DNA of 63,713 nt, the filler included, from Octopus bimaculoides (taxonomy: Eukaryota): assembly GCF_001194135.2 (NCBI RefSeq). It is 4 parts of 3 records of this genome, joined end to end, with 100 filler letters (N's around TTAATTAATTAA, not from the genome) between each part and the next. Parts side by side here need not be neighbours in the genome. Positions count along the whole stretch, not along the records: positions 27,147 to 39,631 come from NC_068984.1; positions 39,732 to 62,402 come from NC_068989.1; 2 more parts are not named here. One strand, written 5' to 3'. This document shows positions 39,598 to 51,287 of the stretch, in pieces. The position numbers and the translations under genes were made by a program. Below the pieces are notes generated by a model, which saw nothing but the letters and a program-made list of their open reading frames with translations, did not search any database and was not told the DNA's origin. How positions within the stretch are numbered: the first letter of the stretch is position 1; each line of letters opens with the position of its first letter.

Positions 39598-39631
<34 letters not shown>
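38719..39631 (+). mobile_element. Dong/R4-clade LINE fragment 4 with (TAA)n tail
   Basis: MHGQFHRD..LKPETEALICAAQDQALRTNY..CRIC..ETVWHITSQC..EYKKRHDN..WYEHQP..ILWHF..NRKP..IIDIARP..VPIIVGALG..LLGTARILRKVLEK*. Tail at 39576-39631. Confidence 0.92.
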
Positions 39632-39731
39632 NNNNNNNNNNNNNNNNNNNNNNNNNNNNNNNNNNNNNNNNNNNNTTAATTAATTAANNNNNNNNNNNNN
39701 NNNNNNNNNNNNNNNNNNNNNNNNNNNNNNN
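39632..39731. other. Artificial scaffold linker N44-TTAATTAATTAA-N44
   Basis: Same 100-bp pattern as 27047-27146. Confidence 0.95.
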
Positions 39732-39855
39732 TATATATATATATATATATAATTATATATATGTATATGTATATGTATATGTATATAGCAATAATAAATT
39801 TCTGAGCTAGTTATAAACAGTATTTGCACGACGTCGTGGATTATATTTAGACTGT

Positions 39856-39940
39856 AACTAGATCTGATGAAAATATCTGGTTCATCCCCCCGTTCGGGAA
39901 ACAAGTTAAATCCAATCTGGTCTGGCAGATCCGAAACGCG
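39856..39940 (+). ncRNA. Truncated type I hammerhead-like motif at the 5' junction of the PLE fragment
   Basis: AACTAGAT CTGATGA aaat ATCTG...CAGAT cc GAAAC GCG, then immediately PLE coding sequence. The expected TC^ and stem I' are missing. Confidence 0.55.
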
Positions 39941-41630
39941 GTGAATAGGAACTTTCTTATGGATTCTCACTATTACCCAATAATCAAGACACATAAGGTT
40001 AGATTTGGGTTTTCTAATACTAAAAATTTGTTACAGATAATATCTTTCCATAATTTTAGGCTTTTAGATTCATCTCTAGTCAGCCATCCTAAATATGATG
40101 ATAATAATAGTAATGTTTATAACAATAATAATAATAATAATTACTCCAGTAATTTAACACACTCATATGATGGCAATAGTTATTTAGGTAAAAATATAGG
40201 TAACAAGTACAACATTAGTAAACATAACAATCACTGTAACAATAATAAGATTAGTATCTCGGAATCTAATTCTAATAAAATTAAGTTTTTAAGTGCGAAT
40301 GCCAGGACCAAAAATGTGGTTTATCAATGTAAGGTAATGACTAACACAGACGTCTCGCATTATGTAGGTAGCTTCTCGACGCAGGTCTCCAGGAGAATTT
40401 CGAACCATTATTCTTCCTTTAGGGATAGGAAGAAAAATTAACAGTACCGGTCTAAGTAAATTAATCTGGAAGCTTAAGGATTGCAATAAACAATTCTCTT
40501 TGGAATGGTCAATACTGGCTACCTCAATACCCTACGACAAGGGTAAGGATTTTTGTCCGCTTTGTAACTTGGAGCTTTTCCACATTCTGTTCTCCAAGAA
40601 TTATCTAGTAAACCAGATATCACAGAGAGCATACAGATGCCAACATTGGAGGAAACACACCTTCAGTTCTTATCGTTAATTTCATCCTTCTTACTAATTT
40701 TAGTTATTATTTATTTTTTATTTTTTCACCTAATGACATTCTCTCTAGTGGACGATCGCCTTACAAGTGGTATGTACAATCACCCAGCTTAGTATTTACC
40801 TTCAACTTTAGACAATAACAATAATAGTAATAATGATAATATCTAATTTACTTTTATATTTATTATAACAATAATAGAAACAATAAAAGGAATAATATCA
40901 TTAAAATATTATCTTAAATAATAATCATATCTAACTCCAACGCCAGTTGTTTTTACTCTTTCCCCTTCCATAGTTGGTTCAGCTACATTCGTCGAGTTTG
41001 AAGCATACTCGTAACTTTACTTACATAATTTCGATCTTGTTTTCGTAAGCATGTTTATTATTATTATTTCATCACATGATAGTTTTTTTACCTTGTATTA
41101 CCATATATTTAGGTTAATAACCGTATCTTAATATGATACAATGCTATGGTTGTTAAATTTATTATATTTACAATCTTTGCTTAGTTTTACCTCAGTATAT
41201 AAGTTTGTTTGCATAAGGAGTAATATATAATGGACTCATTGGATTGTCTCCCTTCCTCCTTTTCTGGATTTTAGTTTGCCATTGTTTTCCATTTTTTTTA
41301 AACTTTAGATTTTTGGATTTTACTACGGTCCATTATGCCTTCCTCTAATTTAAACTTTTAGTATAGCGTTCATAGCCTCTCTCCCTTAACAGCTCCCTGT
41401 AAACTAGCGTTCTTGTTTCTAACGGTCATTTACTTAGCTATATAATGTTATAACACGTACGCAACCTTAGCATTTAGCCTATGTCTTGCTTTTGTATGTT
41501 GGCTCCCTGACGATAAATGTATGCGCAATACTAGCACCTCTTACTTTTTGGAGTAGGGTGCACATATATTTTGAAACATATGTAGAAATTAAAGGAGCTT
41601 ATCGATTATACGAGTTTTGCTCCATTTATT
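39941..41630 (+). mobile_element. Penelope-like element 3' part: linker, C-terminal GIY-YIG endonuclease (frameshifted), 3' UTR
   Basis: PIIKTHKVRFGFSNTKNLLQIISFHN, Asn-rich (AAT) insert, TKNVVYQCKV..SHYVGS..RISNHYSSFRD, STGLSKLIWKLKD, EWSILATSIPYDKGKDFCPLCNLELFHI..RCQH, stop at 40677-40679. AT-rich UTR ending in a hammerhead-like motif. Confidence 0.85.
41502..41598 (+). ncRNA. Type I hammerhead-like motif with extended stem II at the PLE 3' end
   Basis: GCTCC CTGACGA t AAATGTATG...CATATATTT t GAAAC ATAT GTA^ gaaattaaa GGAGC. 9-bp stem II, inner GCACC/GGTGC hairpin, palindromic ATAT loop III, GUA triplet. The 10.1-11.1 pair and proximal stem I are defective. Confidence 0.6.
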
Positions 41631-41640
41631 TTTATTCTTC

Positions 41641-41671
<31 letters not shown>

Positions 41672-41689
41672 AACAAATAGTAAATGAGT

Positions 41690-41857
41690 ATATGCATATA
41701 TACGTACAGGTATGTGCATACCGACATCCACCTGTATGTATAGGTGCATATCTGGGTACAGGACATTGCAAACAAACGTAGACGAGAACACACGAGCCAC
41801 ATAGAGAACATTCTCCTTCATCACCCACCCACGTTTTAACACCGGCGTTTCGACGAG
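41690..41857 (-). repeat. Dispersed repeat family A, partial copy
   Basis: The reverse complement CGAAACGCCGGTGTTAAAACG..GTGATGAAGGAGAATGTTCTCTATGTGGC..TGCAATGTCCTGTACCCAGATATG aligns with 63423-63580. Confidence 0.8.
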
Positions 41858-42037
41858 NNNNNNNNNNNNNNNNNNNNNNNNNNNNNNNNNNNNNNNNNNN
41901 NNNNNNNNNNNNNNNNNNNNNNNNNNNNNNNNNNNNNNNNNNNNNNNNNNNNNNNNNNNNNNNNNNNNNNNNNNNNNNNNNNNNNNNNNNNNNNNNNNNN
42001 NNNNNNNNNNNNNNNNNNNNNNNNNNNNNNNNNNNNN

Positions 42038-42068
<31 letters not shown>

Positions 42069-42182
42069 GAACATATATATATATGAACATATATATATAT
42101 ATATATATATGAATATATATAAGTGTATATGTGCATGTATATATATGTATATATATATATATATGTGTATATATGTGCTTTA

Positions 42183-42527
42183 TCATGGAGAAAATTTCTT
42201 GCTGTTGATATATGGTGTAAAATACACCCAAGCAAGTCCGCAGACTGTTAGATGCAAGCATTTCCGAGTACTTATCTCGTCTTTGTCACAGAACCGGATG
42301 GTGGTGTTGGAAGATGATAAGGGGGACAATCTATGCTATGTTTTTCCAGTCAAGATACGTCGGCCGGTAGCTCAAATCTACTGTTCATCGTAATTAATTT
42401 GCGGGGTGAGTGCACTAAGCCATGATGTGTAAAAATGCAATTATAATACCAGTTCGAATATAACTAAGAGCACATTCGACCTAACAACCAATACATTCAC
42501 CGTCTTTTGTCATGGAGAAAATTTCTT
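42183..42527. other. 309-bp unidentified segment flanked by 18-bp perfect direct repeats (TSD-like)
   Basis: TCATGGAGAAAATTTCTT at 42183-42200 and 42510-42527. Confidence 0.7.
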
Positions 42528-42543
42528 TTTCAATCTCTCTCTC

Positions 42544-42593
<50 letters not shown>

Positions 42594-44859
42594 CTAGTTT
42601 AAAAGCGGCTCTACCGGGCGTCTTTCAATCTAGCTTCGGTGGAGGGCTCTTCATTAGGCCTTGGGACCAACATTGAGTGCATTGAGTACATACCAAATTT
42701 TATTAAACTTCAACATTATTTTACAAGCAATGTGCAATTTTCGTGCAAGCAATGACATAATTTGTCGACTTTGAACGTATTGAAAAGCTTCATGGTAAAC
42801 AACAGTACCACCACCATCGCAACTACATATGCCATACACACGCCATTCAAACTTCTGACGCCACCGCCATCAATACCTTTGACTTCGCCGCCTTCCCCTC
42901 CATCACCATCACCACTGTTTTCCACATCGCTTCCTCTCACTTCATCCCTCACCTCCTTGGCTACCACCACCATCGTCACAACCGCCTCCACCTCTATCAC
43001 AACTATAGCTCATACCATTACTATCAACCCATTACCATCGCAAAAAGGCTAAATGTGTGTGTTCGTTCAGTATGTTACTTTAGCCTGTTAGTTCAGTGGT
43101 CAGTCCCTCTTTCTCTCACATACCCTCTCTTTCTATCTCTTATTATTCCTCCCACTGCCACCATCAACACTATTACTTGTAATAAAAACATCATCAACTC
43201 TCCTTAAATTTCTGTGTCTCTCTTTTCTCCATCTCTTTTTCTTTTTCTCTCTCTCTTTTTCTATTTTCTCCCTCCCTCTCTCTGTCTGTCTTCGCCACCT
43301 CCCTCACAATCTCTATGCTTACTATTACTCTCACCCCAACATGAGCAATAAATAGTAGGAGTGTCAATGAATAGTAAGAGAGGGGATCAAAGTGTGACAC
43401 ACTGACACACAGAAATGAGTTTTCGCATTGATGATATNNNNNNNNNNNNNNNNNNNNNNNNNNNNNNNNNNNNNNNNNNNNNNNNNNNNNNNNNNNNNNN
43501 NNNNNNNNNNNNNNNNNNNNNNNNNNNNNNNNNNNNNNNNNNNNNNNNNNNNNNNNNNNNNNNNNNNNNNNTATATATATATACAGTTAGATATATAGAT
43601 ATTTTCAGTATGGTGGAATCAAGGAAAAACGTGTGGAATTACTGTGCTATGCCTGAAAATTAAAATGTAGCCTATTTGCTTACAACAAAAGGTATCAAAT
43701 TAAGTTATATTTACCTCATACACGATATTGCCGTACATGTAAACAACATAAATAATGCTTAACTCAAGGTAACGCCTGTTGATAAATTTCAATAATTAGT
43801 TAAACAAGAACTGCACACAAATGTTTGTTCTAGTTAATATTCTGCGAAAGCAAATGTTACCACGGAATTGGAAGTTTGAAAGTAGATTTCGAAATTTTTC
43901 TAAGTTCCAGTAAACACATGGGATTGTCGGGAATATTAAATGTAATACTAAAACCAGTATTTTTGAAGAAGATTCTTTCTGTGTTATATATCAATTTTCT
44001 ATTATATAGTATATCACTTAGAGTGGATTCAATTTTTGGTTACTTCAATCAATTTCCAGATTCCTAAGAGATTTTCAGGACGAAATAATGCAGGTGTTAG
44101 GAGAAAGTCGCCATATTGCACATACACACACACACACATGCAGGAACACACACGCACACAAACACATGGACACGCACACACACATACAAACACAAATATG
44201 TATNNNNNNNNNNNNNNNNNNNNNNNNNNNNNNNNNNNNNNNNNNNNNNNNNNNNNNNNNNNNNNNNNNNNNNNNNNNNNNNNNNNNNNNNNNNNNNNNN
44301 NNNNNNNNNNNNNNNNNNNNNNNNNNNNNNNNNNNNNNNNNNNNNNNNNNNNNNNNNNNNNNNNNNNNNNNNNNNNNNNNNNNNNNNNNNNNNNNNNNNN
44401 NNNNNNNNNNNNNNNNNNNNNNNNNNNNNNNNNNNNNNNNNNNNNNNNNNNNNNNNNNNNNNNNNNNNNNNNNNNNNNNNNNNNNNNNNNNNNNNNNNNN
44501 NNNNNNNNNNNNNNNNNNNNNNNNNNNNNNNNNNNNNNNNNNNNNNNNNNNNNNNNNNNNNNNNNNNNNNNNNNNNNNNNNNNNNNNNNNNNNNNNNNNN
44601 NNNNNNNNNNNNNNNNNNNNNNNNNNNNNNNNNNNNNNNNNNNNNNNNNNNNNNNNNNNNNNNNNNNNNNNNNNNNNNNNNNNNNNNNNNNNNNNNNNNN
44701 NNNNNNNNNNNNNNNNNNNNNNNNNNNNNNNNNNNNNNNNNNNNNNNNNNNNNNNNNNNNNNNNNNNNNNNNNNNNNNNNNNNNNNNNNNNAGCCAAGAC
44801 GATGTGAAAAATTATAAACGCTGGAAAGACGAGCTATGAGAAGAGACAGGTAAAAACAC

Positions 44860-45261
44860 GCCTATGTCTTTAAATTTTTAGATTGTTTCAGCTTTAAAGA
44901 TATAGTAATGCCGAAGCATTGGTGTGCTTTGTGTGGCATGAGCTGAAGAGGAGGTATTGTTGTGAGTCTGTAGGTTTGTGGTAGATGTCGGTTGTGATTT
45001 GGTTGTTGGGTGTTTTTACAATTAAGGGATGAAGAAAAGGGAGATGATGTTTGCTGAATTCCATAGTGAATTGAATGCTGGGATGTATGTTGTTCAGTAT
45101 GGTTTTGAATTCCAGAAGTTTTTCGTAAGATTCCTTCCATATGATGAAACAATCATCCAAGTATCTTTTCCAGTTTTCTATTAAGTAGATGTGGAAAAGG
45201 TGTCCAAATTTCTGGCGTGAAATCTCACAAAGTGATGATTCAAAAAACCCCATTATGAAGT
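44860..45261 (-). mobile_element. Penelope-like element reverse transcriptase fragment
   Basis: ORF 44894..45253: WKRYLDDCFIIW (catalytic DD), LNNIHPSIQFTME, LPFL, TDIYHKPTDSQQYL.FSSCH, i.e. PLE RT motifs 5-7 and thumb. Flanked by gaps. Confidence 0.9.
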
Positions 45262-45627
45262 NNNNNNNNNNNNNNNNNNNNNNNNNNNNNNNNNNNNNNN
45301 NNNNNNNNNNNNNNNNNNNNNNNNNNNNNNNNNNNNNNNNNNNNNNNNNNNNNNNNNNNNNNNNNNNNNNNNNNNNNNNNNNNNNNNNNNNNNNNNNNNN
45401 NNNNNNNNNNNNNNNNNNNNNNNNNNNNNNNNNNNNNNNNNNNNNNNNNNNNNNNNNNNNNNNNNNNNNNNNNNNNNNNNNNNNNNNNNNNNNNNNNNNN
45501 NNNNNNNNNNNNNNNNNNNNNNNNNNNNNNNNNNNNNNNNNNNNNNNNNNNNNNNNNNNNNNNNNNNNNNNNNNNNNNNNNNNNNNNNNNNNNNNNNNNN
45601 NNNNNNNNNNNNNNNTACATATATATG

Positions 45628-45680
<53 letters not shown>

Positions 45681-46329
45681 ATTTATATATTTATATGTGT
45701 GTGTGTGCTTCCAGTTTCGTTGTGGAAAGACGCGCTTTTTCGTTCTCCTGTAACAACCAAGTGGGATTCCCTAAATCGACGAAAAAATCTCCTAAAACTA
45801 GCAAAAACGTAGTATTTGTTATTTAATAACGGTCTACTATATCTCGCTTAAAAATATATTGCACTAAAAGTTTAATATAGTGCATTAAAATCAGTGTGAC
45901 GCAAGCTAGAGTTATCCTCGAAAAAAACACTTAGTGGTAAATCGTACTTTCATTTGCGACCGCATGTAAGAAGAAAAAAAAAGAATTGTTTTTGGAAGAA
46001 AAGTTCGTACAAGAAGAAGGACTGGAATTTTACCTCTTGCGAATAAGTGTCCTTCTCATTTGTTTATTTACTTTTATCTTTGGTAATACTGGATGAAAAT
46101 TTGAGTCACGACTTAGTGTTTGTTTACGTTCTGAAAATTTACGGTGAAACCTTTTCTCACTCTCATTATAATTTTTCATTGAACTTTATTACAACGACCT
46201 CTTCGTTTACATCCACTTCGCTTTCATTCTATTTGAAAACTAGAAATCATTACGAAACTCCTTTCTTTACACTATTGTTTCTTTTTTCACTTTATCTCAT
46301 TAGAATTATTTAGAATTATAAATCCTATG

Positions 46330-49300
46330 TTTGTTTTTCGTTTTCCTACACATCTTCGTTACCTCCTCCTCTCTCTTTGATACCTACCTCTTCCTCTCTC
46401 CTCCCTCTTTTCTTCACATATATTCCTCCATTTCCCGTTCCTCTCTCCCTCACTTTATCTCTCTTTATACTTACCTCTTTTCATCTCTCTTCCATATCTT
46501 CCTCTTTTTCTCATCTCACTCCCTCCGTTTCATATCTTCCTCATTTTCTCACATCTCTTTCCCTTCCTTTGTCTCTCTCAACATCTACCTCTCCTCCTGT
46601 CACCTCAACCTCTCCCTCATATACTTCTCATTTTCCCCTCTTCTCACTCCGTCTCTCCCTTTCCATGACATCCTTCATACTTTCCTGTCTCTCCCTCACT
46701 CTATCTCCCTTTATCTTCCCATCATCTCCCTCACACTGTCTTTCTTTCTCTTCCCGTCCTCTTCCTTACTCTGTTTCTCTTTCTCACCCCCTCCTCTACC
46801 CCCCTCTATCGTGCTAACACCTCACACCCCCTTTCTCTTTCCTTCATATCACCCTCTCTCCTTCCTTCATATCTCCCTCTCACTTTCCCTATTCCCCCTC
46901 TGTGTTTCTTCTTTTCTATCTCCCTCTATCTTTCACTTCCTCTCTATTCTCTACTTACCCTCTGGGCTTAAAAAACGAAGATGGCATCAAAGTGGGAGAA
47001 GAAAGAATTGAATTTTCTGTTGAGAGCATGGATGATTGCTAGCAGTGATCCGCCAAACAACATCATTACTGCTGCACTGAAAAACAATGGCTTTTGTAGA
47101 ACCATTGATCAGATAGAGCGGAAGTAAAATGAATTCATCCGATCGTATACGCTTATCAGACCACACATCGACACTCTGGATGTCATAATGGAAAGCTGTT
47201 GTGGCAAGGCTGATAAGGATAGGGAAAAGGAAACAAACTTAGAAATCAGTTTGATCCAGTGGTTCCTCAAAAGAATGGATACTCCACCCCTGTGAACGAC
47301 CAGGCAGAAAAGGATAGGGGAGCGAAGGAAGCAGCAACCAGAAGCCCCTCTGTGCCAGTGGTCCTACAAAGGAACGGAGCCATCATCCCATTGGACAACC
47401 AGAGGAATGACATTCCCACCACGAGAAAGGAAGGACAGAACACGAGCACAAACATTAAGAAGGAAAGGGAGGGAAGGGAAACGTAAAAATGAAATAACTA
47501 AAACCGAACCCCCAGCCCACCAAACAAAAAACTGAAAACTCAAATATGGAGGATCCAATTCAATCTGAAACCCTAGAGGATAGGAAAAATTTTGAGGGGA
47601 CTCAAGGACCTGCAAATTTTACCTGCAATGCAAATGTTGGCATGGGGTTTGCTCACCTGAGATCCCGCCAAAACTACAGGGGCCTTAAGTAGAAAAACTT
47701 CCCTGAGGAAAGATACCAATCGCCTCCAAAGAAAAAATATGCAAAAGAAGTGCGCACTTCAGATGTTATACGCAAGGCAGCAGCTGAGCAAAAGTTTTTT
47801 GTGCATGGCGCAAAAGATTGTGCAGCAGCTGACCTGGCTACACCAAGCACAAACAAGGAACCTTAACCACCATTGCGCAAGACCACCACAGTCAACAGAC
47901 ATGGGATGGCCTCCCCTAACACCTGCACAGTCGTCACGTCTATATGTTTACTAAATATTGGGGCCTGCTGCATTATAACAAAAGCAATTTTTTTTCCTGA
48001 GAGACCTTGCTATATGCAATCAAGCCCTATGTACAGCACTCGTGGAAACTCACCACAGCACTGATATAGAGGATGAAGAAGTACATGTACTAAAATATAC
48101 CATACTACGAACAGACAGAAAGGAAAGGAGCAATGGTGGAGTTGCTGTATACATCCGTGATGACCTCACAACCCAGGTCTTACTGTCATATTCAAATTCA
48201 CTCTAATTGTATACATAAGACAACACAATATAGTCATATGCAATACATATTGCTTACCGGATGCTTCAAACCACATAGGCAAGTTTGAAGATTGCCTCAC
48301 AAGAAATAAAGAAATCTTCATGAAATTGGAACACCACGTGAGTGTATTTCTTATGGGTGATTTCAATTTCCCCAATGTCAAATGGCACGAAAGACTCACC
48401 CTCTCAGAAATGACTCATTGCAAACAAGCACAGGTGGAGTCCCTGCTCAACCTCACCAATGCTCTATTCATGCAGCAACCTGTACCCAGACCAACTAGGG
48501 TAAATAACATTTTGGATCTCTGCTTCACAAACAATATAGACATCGTTCATGATGTGAAAGTGACGCCGACGTTAGTCTCGTATCACAACATAATAGAGCT
48601 GTCTATGTTTTGGCCGAAAGTAGCCAGAGACATACAGCCTAAAGGAAGCACTCGAAATCTCTTCAATCTGAACTTTCCCAAAGCAGACTGGAAATCGATC
48701 CAAAAAGAGATCCTCATGCAGGACTGGCCGAAATGTCTCTCCACGCCAGACATTGACATGAAACTAGAATGTTTCATGTCTGTTATGGAAGACATATGCC
48801 AGAAATATGTCCCAGAGCACAAACCTAAAACAAATAGGAACAAGATTCCAAGGGAGAGGAAGATCTTCATGAGATGACAGACGAATGTTGCAAATCGCTT
48901 CAACCAACATCCTAAAAGTAACGAAAGTTCCTGCCTAAAAACAACACTGATGGAGATTGAAAAAAGTCTGCAACAATCCTATGTCAGGGAGAGAGCAGAC
49001 AAAGAAGTCTAGGTTAAACATTAAGTCAAACACAAAGGCCTTCTTTCATTATGTAAAAGAAACAGCCTCAGTACGCTGCAAGATAGGACCCCTCTTCCAA
49101 CCAAGATCAGTGAGGTACTGAATGACCAGTTCAAAAGTATCTTTACCACCCCGTTGGAACACAGAAAAGTGAACGAACAAGTGGACTTCTTTGCCGCCTC
49201 ACCTATAACCAGCGAGGCAGTTACGATGGAATATATCGACATTAGCGAAGAAGATATATTATTAGCCATAGATGAAGTGGACACAAACTCAACTGCCTGT

Positions 49301-50840
49301 CCTGATGGTTTCCCAGCAATCTTCTTCAAATCGTGTAAGCGTGCCCTGGCAAAATCCTTCCAGATTCTCTTCCAGAGCTTTCTTGCAAATGGCAGACTAC
49401 CAAGCAAGCTGAAGGAGGGAATAATATGCCCAATCCATAAAGGGGGAAGCAGAACAGATGCCAAAAACTATAGGCCTATCTCTTTGACCTCACACATCAG
49501 CAAAGTCATGTAACGGATAGTCAGAGGGAAACTAATCGCATTCCTTGATGAAAATAACTTGCTGAGTCATACCCACCATGGCTTTAGTCAAGGTAGGAGC
49601 TGCCTGACCGAGTTCTTGACTGTATGTTGAGGCAGTTAATCAACAACTCAAATGTGGACGTAATATACCTTGATTTTGCAAAAGCTTTTGTTAAAGTGGA
49701 TCATGGTATGATATGCCACAAACTGCGTGATCTCGGCATAGCTGAAAACCTTGGAGAGTGGTTGCATGACTTTCTGAAAGATAGAAGTCAGGCAGTAGTG
49801 GTCAATGGATCCACCTCAATGAAAACACAAATAGTGAGCGGTGTTCAACAGGGCACTGTCTTGGGACCACTGCTTTTCATAGTGGCTCTCTCAGATATGC
49901 CCTCAACTGCCCCGATAGCCACCCTTGCAAGCTACGCAGAAAGTCTCTCAGAAAATACAGAACCCCAGTGATGTTGCACATATACAGCAGGATTTGGACT
50001 CAATTTACAGATGGGCTGAGGATAATAATATGTAGTTTAATGCTGAAACATTCCAAACCCTCCCCTACCTGCAACCAAAACTGAATATGAAACTTACAGA
50101 GTACACTGGTCCACATGGAATTACGATCTCAGAGCCTAAATCAGTGAAGGACCTGGGTATCGACATGAGTGGTGATACATCTTTACAAGTGCACATTACC
50201 AGGATGGCGACAAAGTGCAAACAACTGACTGCATGGATCCTGAGAGCATTCAGAACCAGAGATAAGGAAACCATGATGTTCCTCTCGAGGTCATTCGTCC
50301 TCAGCCGCCTGGGTTACTGCTCCCAGCTATGGTCACCTAACAGCGTAAAATTAACAGCGGACCTTCAAGCAATCCAGAGAGGATTCGCAAAGAAGATCGT
50401 CTCTCTGGAACTGCTCAGCTACTGGGAAAGGCTGAAACAGCTAAGACTCTACGCCCTGGAGAGAAGGCGGGAAAAGTAAGCAGTAACATACATCTGGAAA
50501 ATCCTGGAAAGAATTGTGCCAAATTTTGGCATTGAAAGCTACACCAATGCCAGAACGGGACGACACTGCAGAGTGGCAAAGATCCCAGCAACGCCATCAC
50601 ACTCAGGACCAGTTACTGCAACAGCCTGGATTTCAGGAGGTCACAGCTTTTTAATATTCTCCCAAAGAGCCTGAGGAACCTGCACAAAGTAGACGTGCGC
50701 GTTTTTAAATGAAAGCTGGACCTCTTCCTCTCGAGAGTCCCAGATGAACCTACCTTACGGCAGGAGATGCAAATGAAGGTAGCTACATCATACTCCATTC
50801 TTCACTAAGTGCAACATATTAGAGGAGGTTCTCAGTAATA
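46330..50840 (+). mobile_element. Near full-length decayed CR1-type LINE (CT-rich leader, ORF1, APE-RT ORF2)
   Basis: Pyrimidine-rich leader 46330-46960 (may or may not belong to the element); ORF1-like from ATG 46981. APE motifs RTDRKERSNGGVAVYI, MGDFNFP, PTRVNNILDLCFTN, SYHN. RT motifs PDGFP, KNYRPISLTSHISKVM, YLDFAKAF.KVDH, SGVQQGTVLGPLLF, SYA (DD deleted), KDLGI, SRLGYCSQLWSP, YWERLKQLRLYALERRRE. Several stops and frameshifts. The 3' end runs into a gap. Confidence 0.92.
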
Positions 50841-51287
50841 NNNNNNNNNNNNNNNNNNNNNNNNNNNNNNNNNNNNNNNNNNNNNNNNNNNNNNNNNNNN
50901 NNNNNNNNNNNNNNNNNNNNNNNNNNNNNNNNNNNNNNNNNNNNNNNNNNNNNNNNNNNNNNNNNNNNNNNNNNNNNNNNNNNNNNNNNNNNNNNNNNNN
51001 NNNNNNNNNNNNNNNNNNNNNNNNNNNNNNNNNNNNNNNNNNNNNNNNNNNNNNNNNNNNNNNNNNNNNNNNNNNNNNNNNNNNNNNNNNNNNNNNNNNN
51101 NNNNNNNNNNNNNNNNNNNNNNNNNNNNNNNNNNNNNNNNNNNNNNNNNNNNNNNNNNNACAATGGTATTTCCTTTGTCCTGTGAACAAGTACAGTTATT
51201 TTTAGCGTAGGAGTGATCGCTGACCCTTTCCGGTCAGCGAAAGTTCAGAAAAACAAGATAGGAATTGTACTGAACTGACCCAGCTTT

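Noticed and set aside
46331-47011. 226-aa Ser/Leu/Phe-rich ORF
   Set aside because: Translation of the CT-rich low-complexity tract upstream of the CR1 ORF1.
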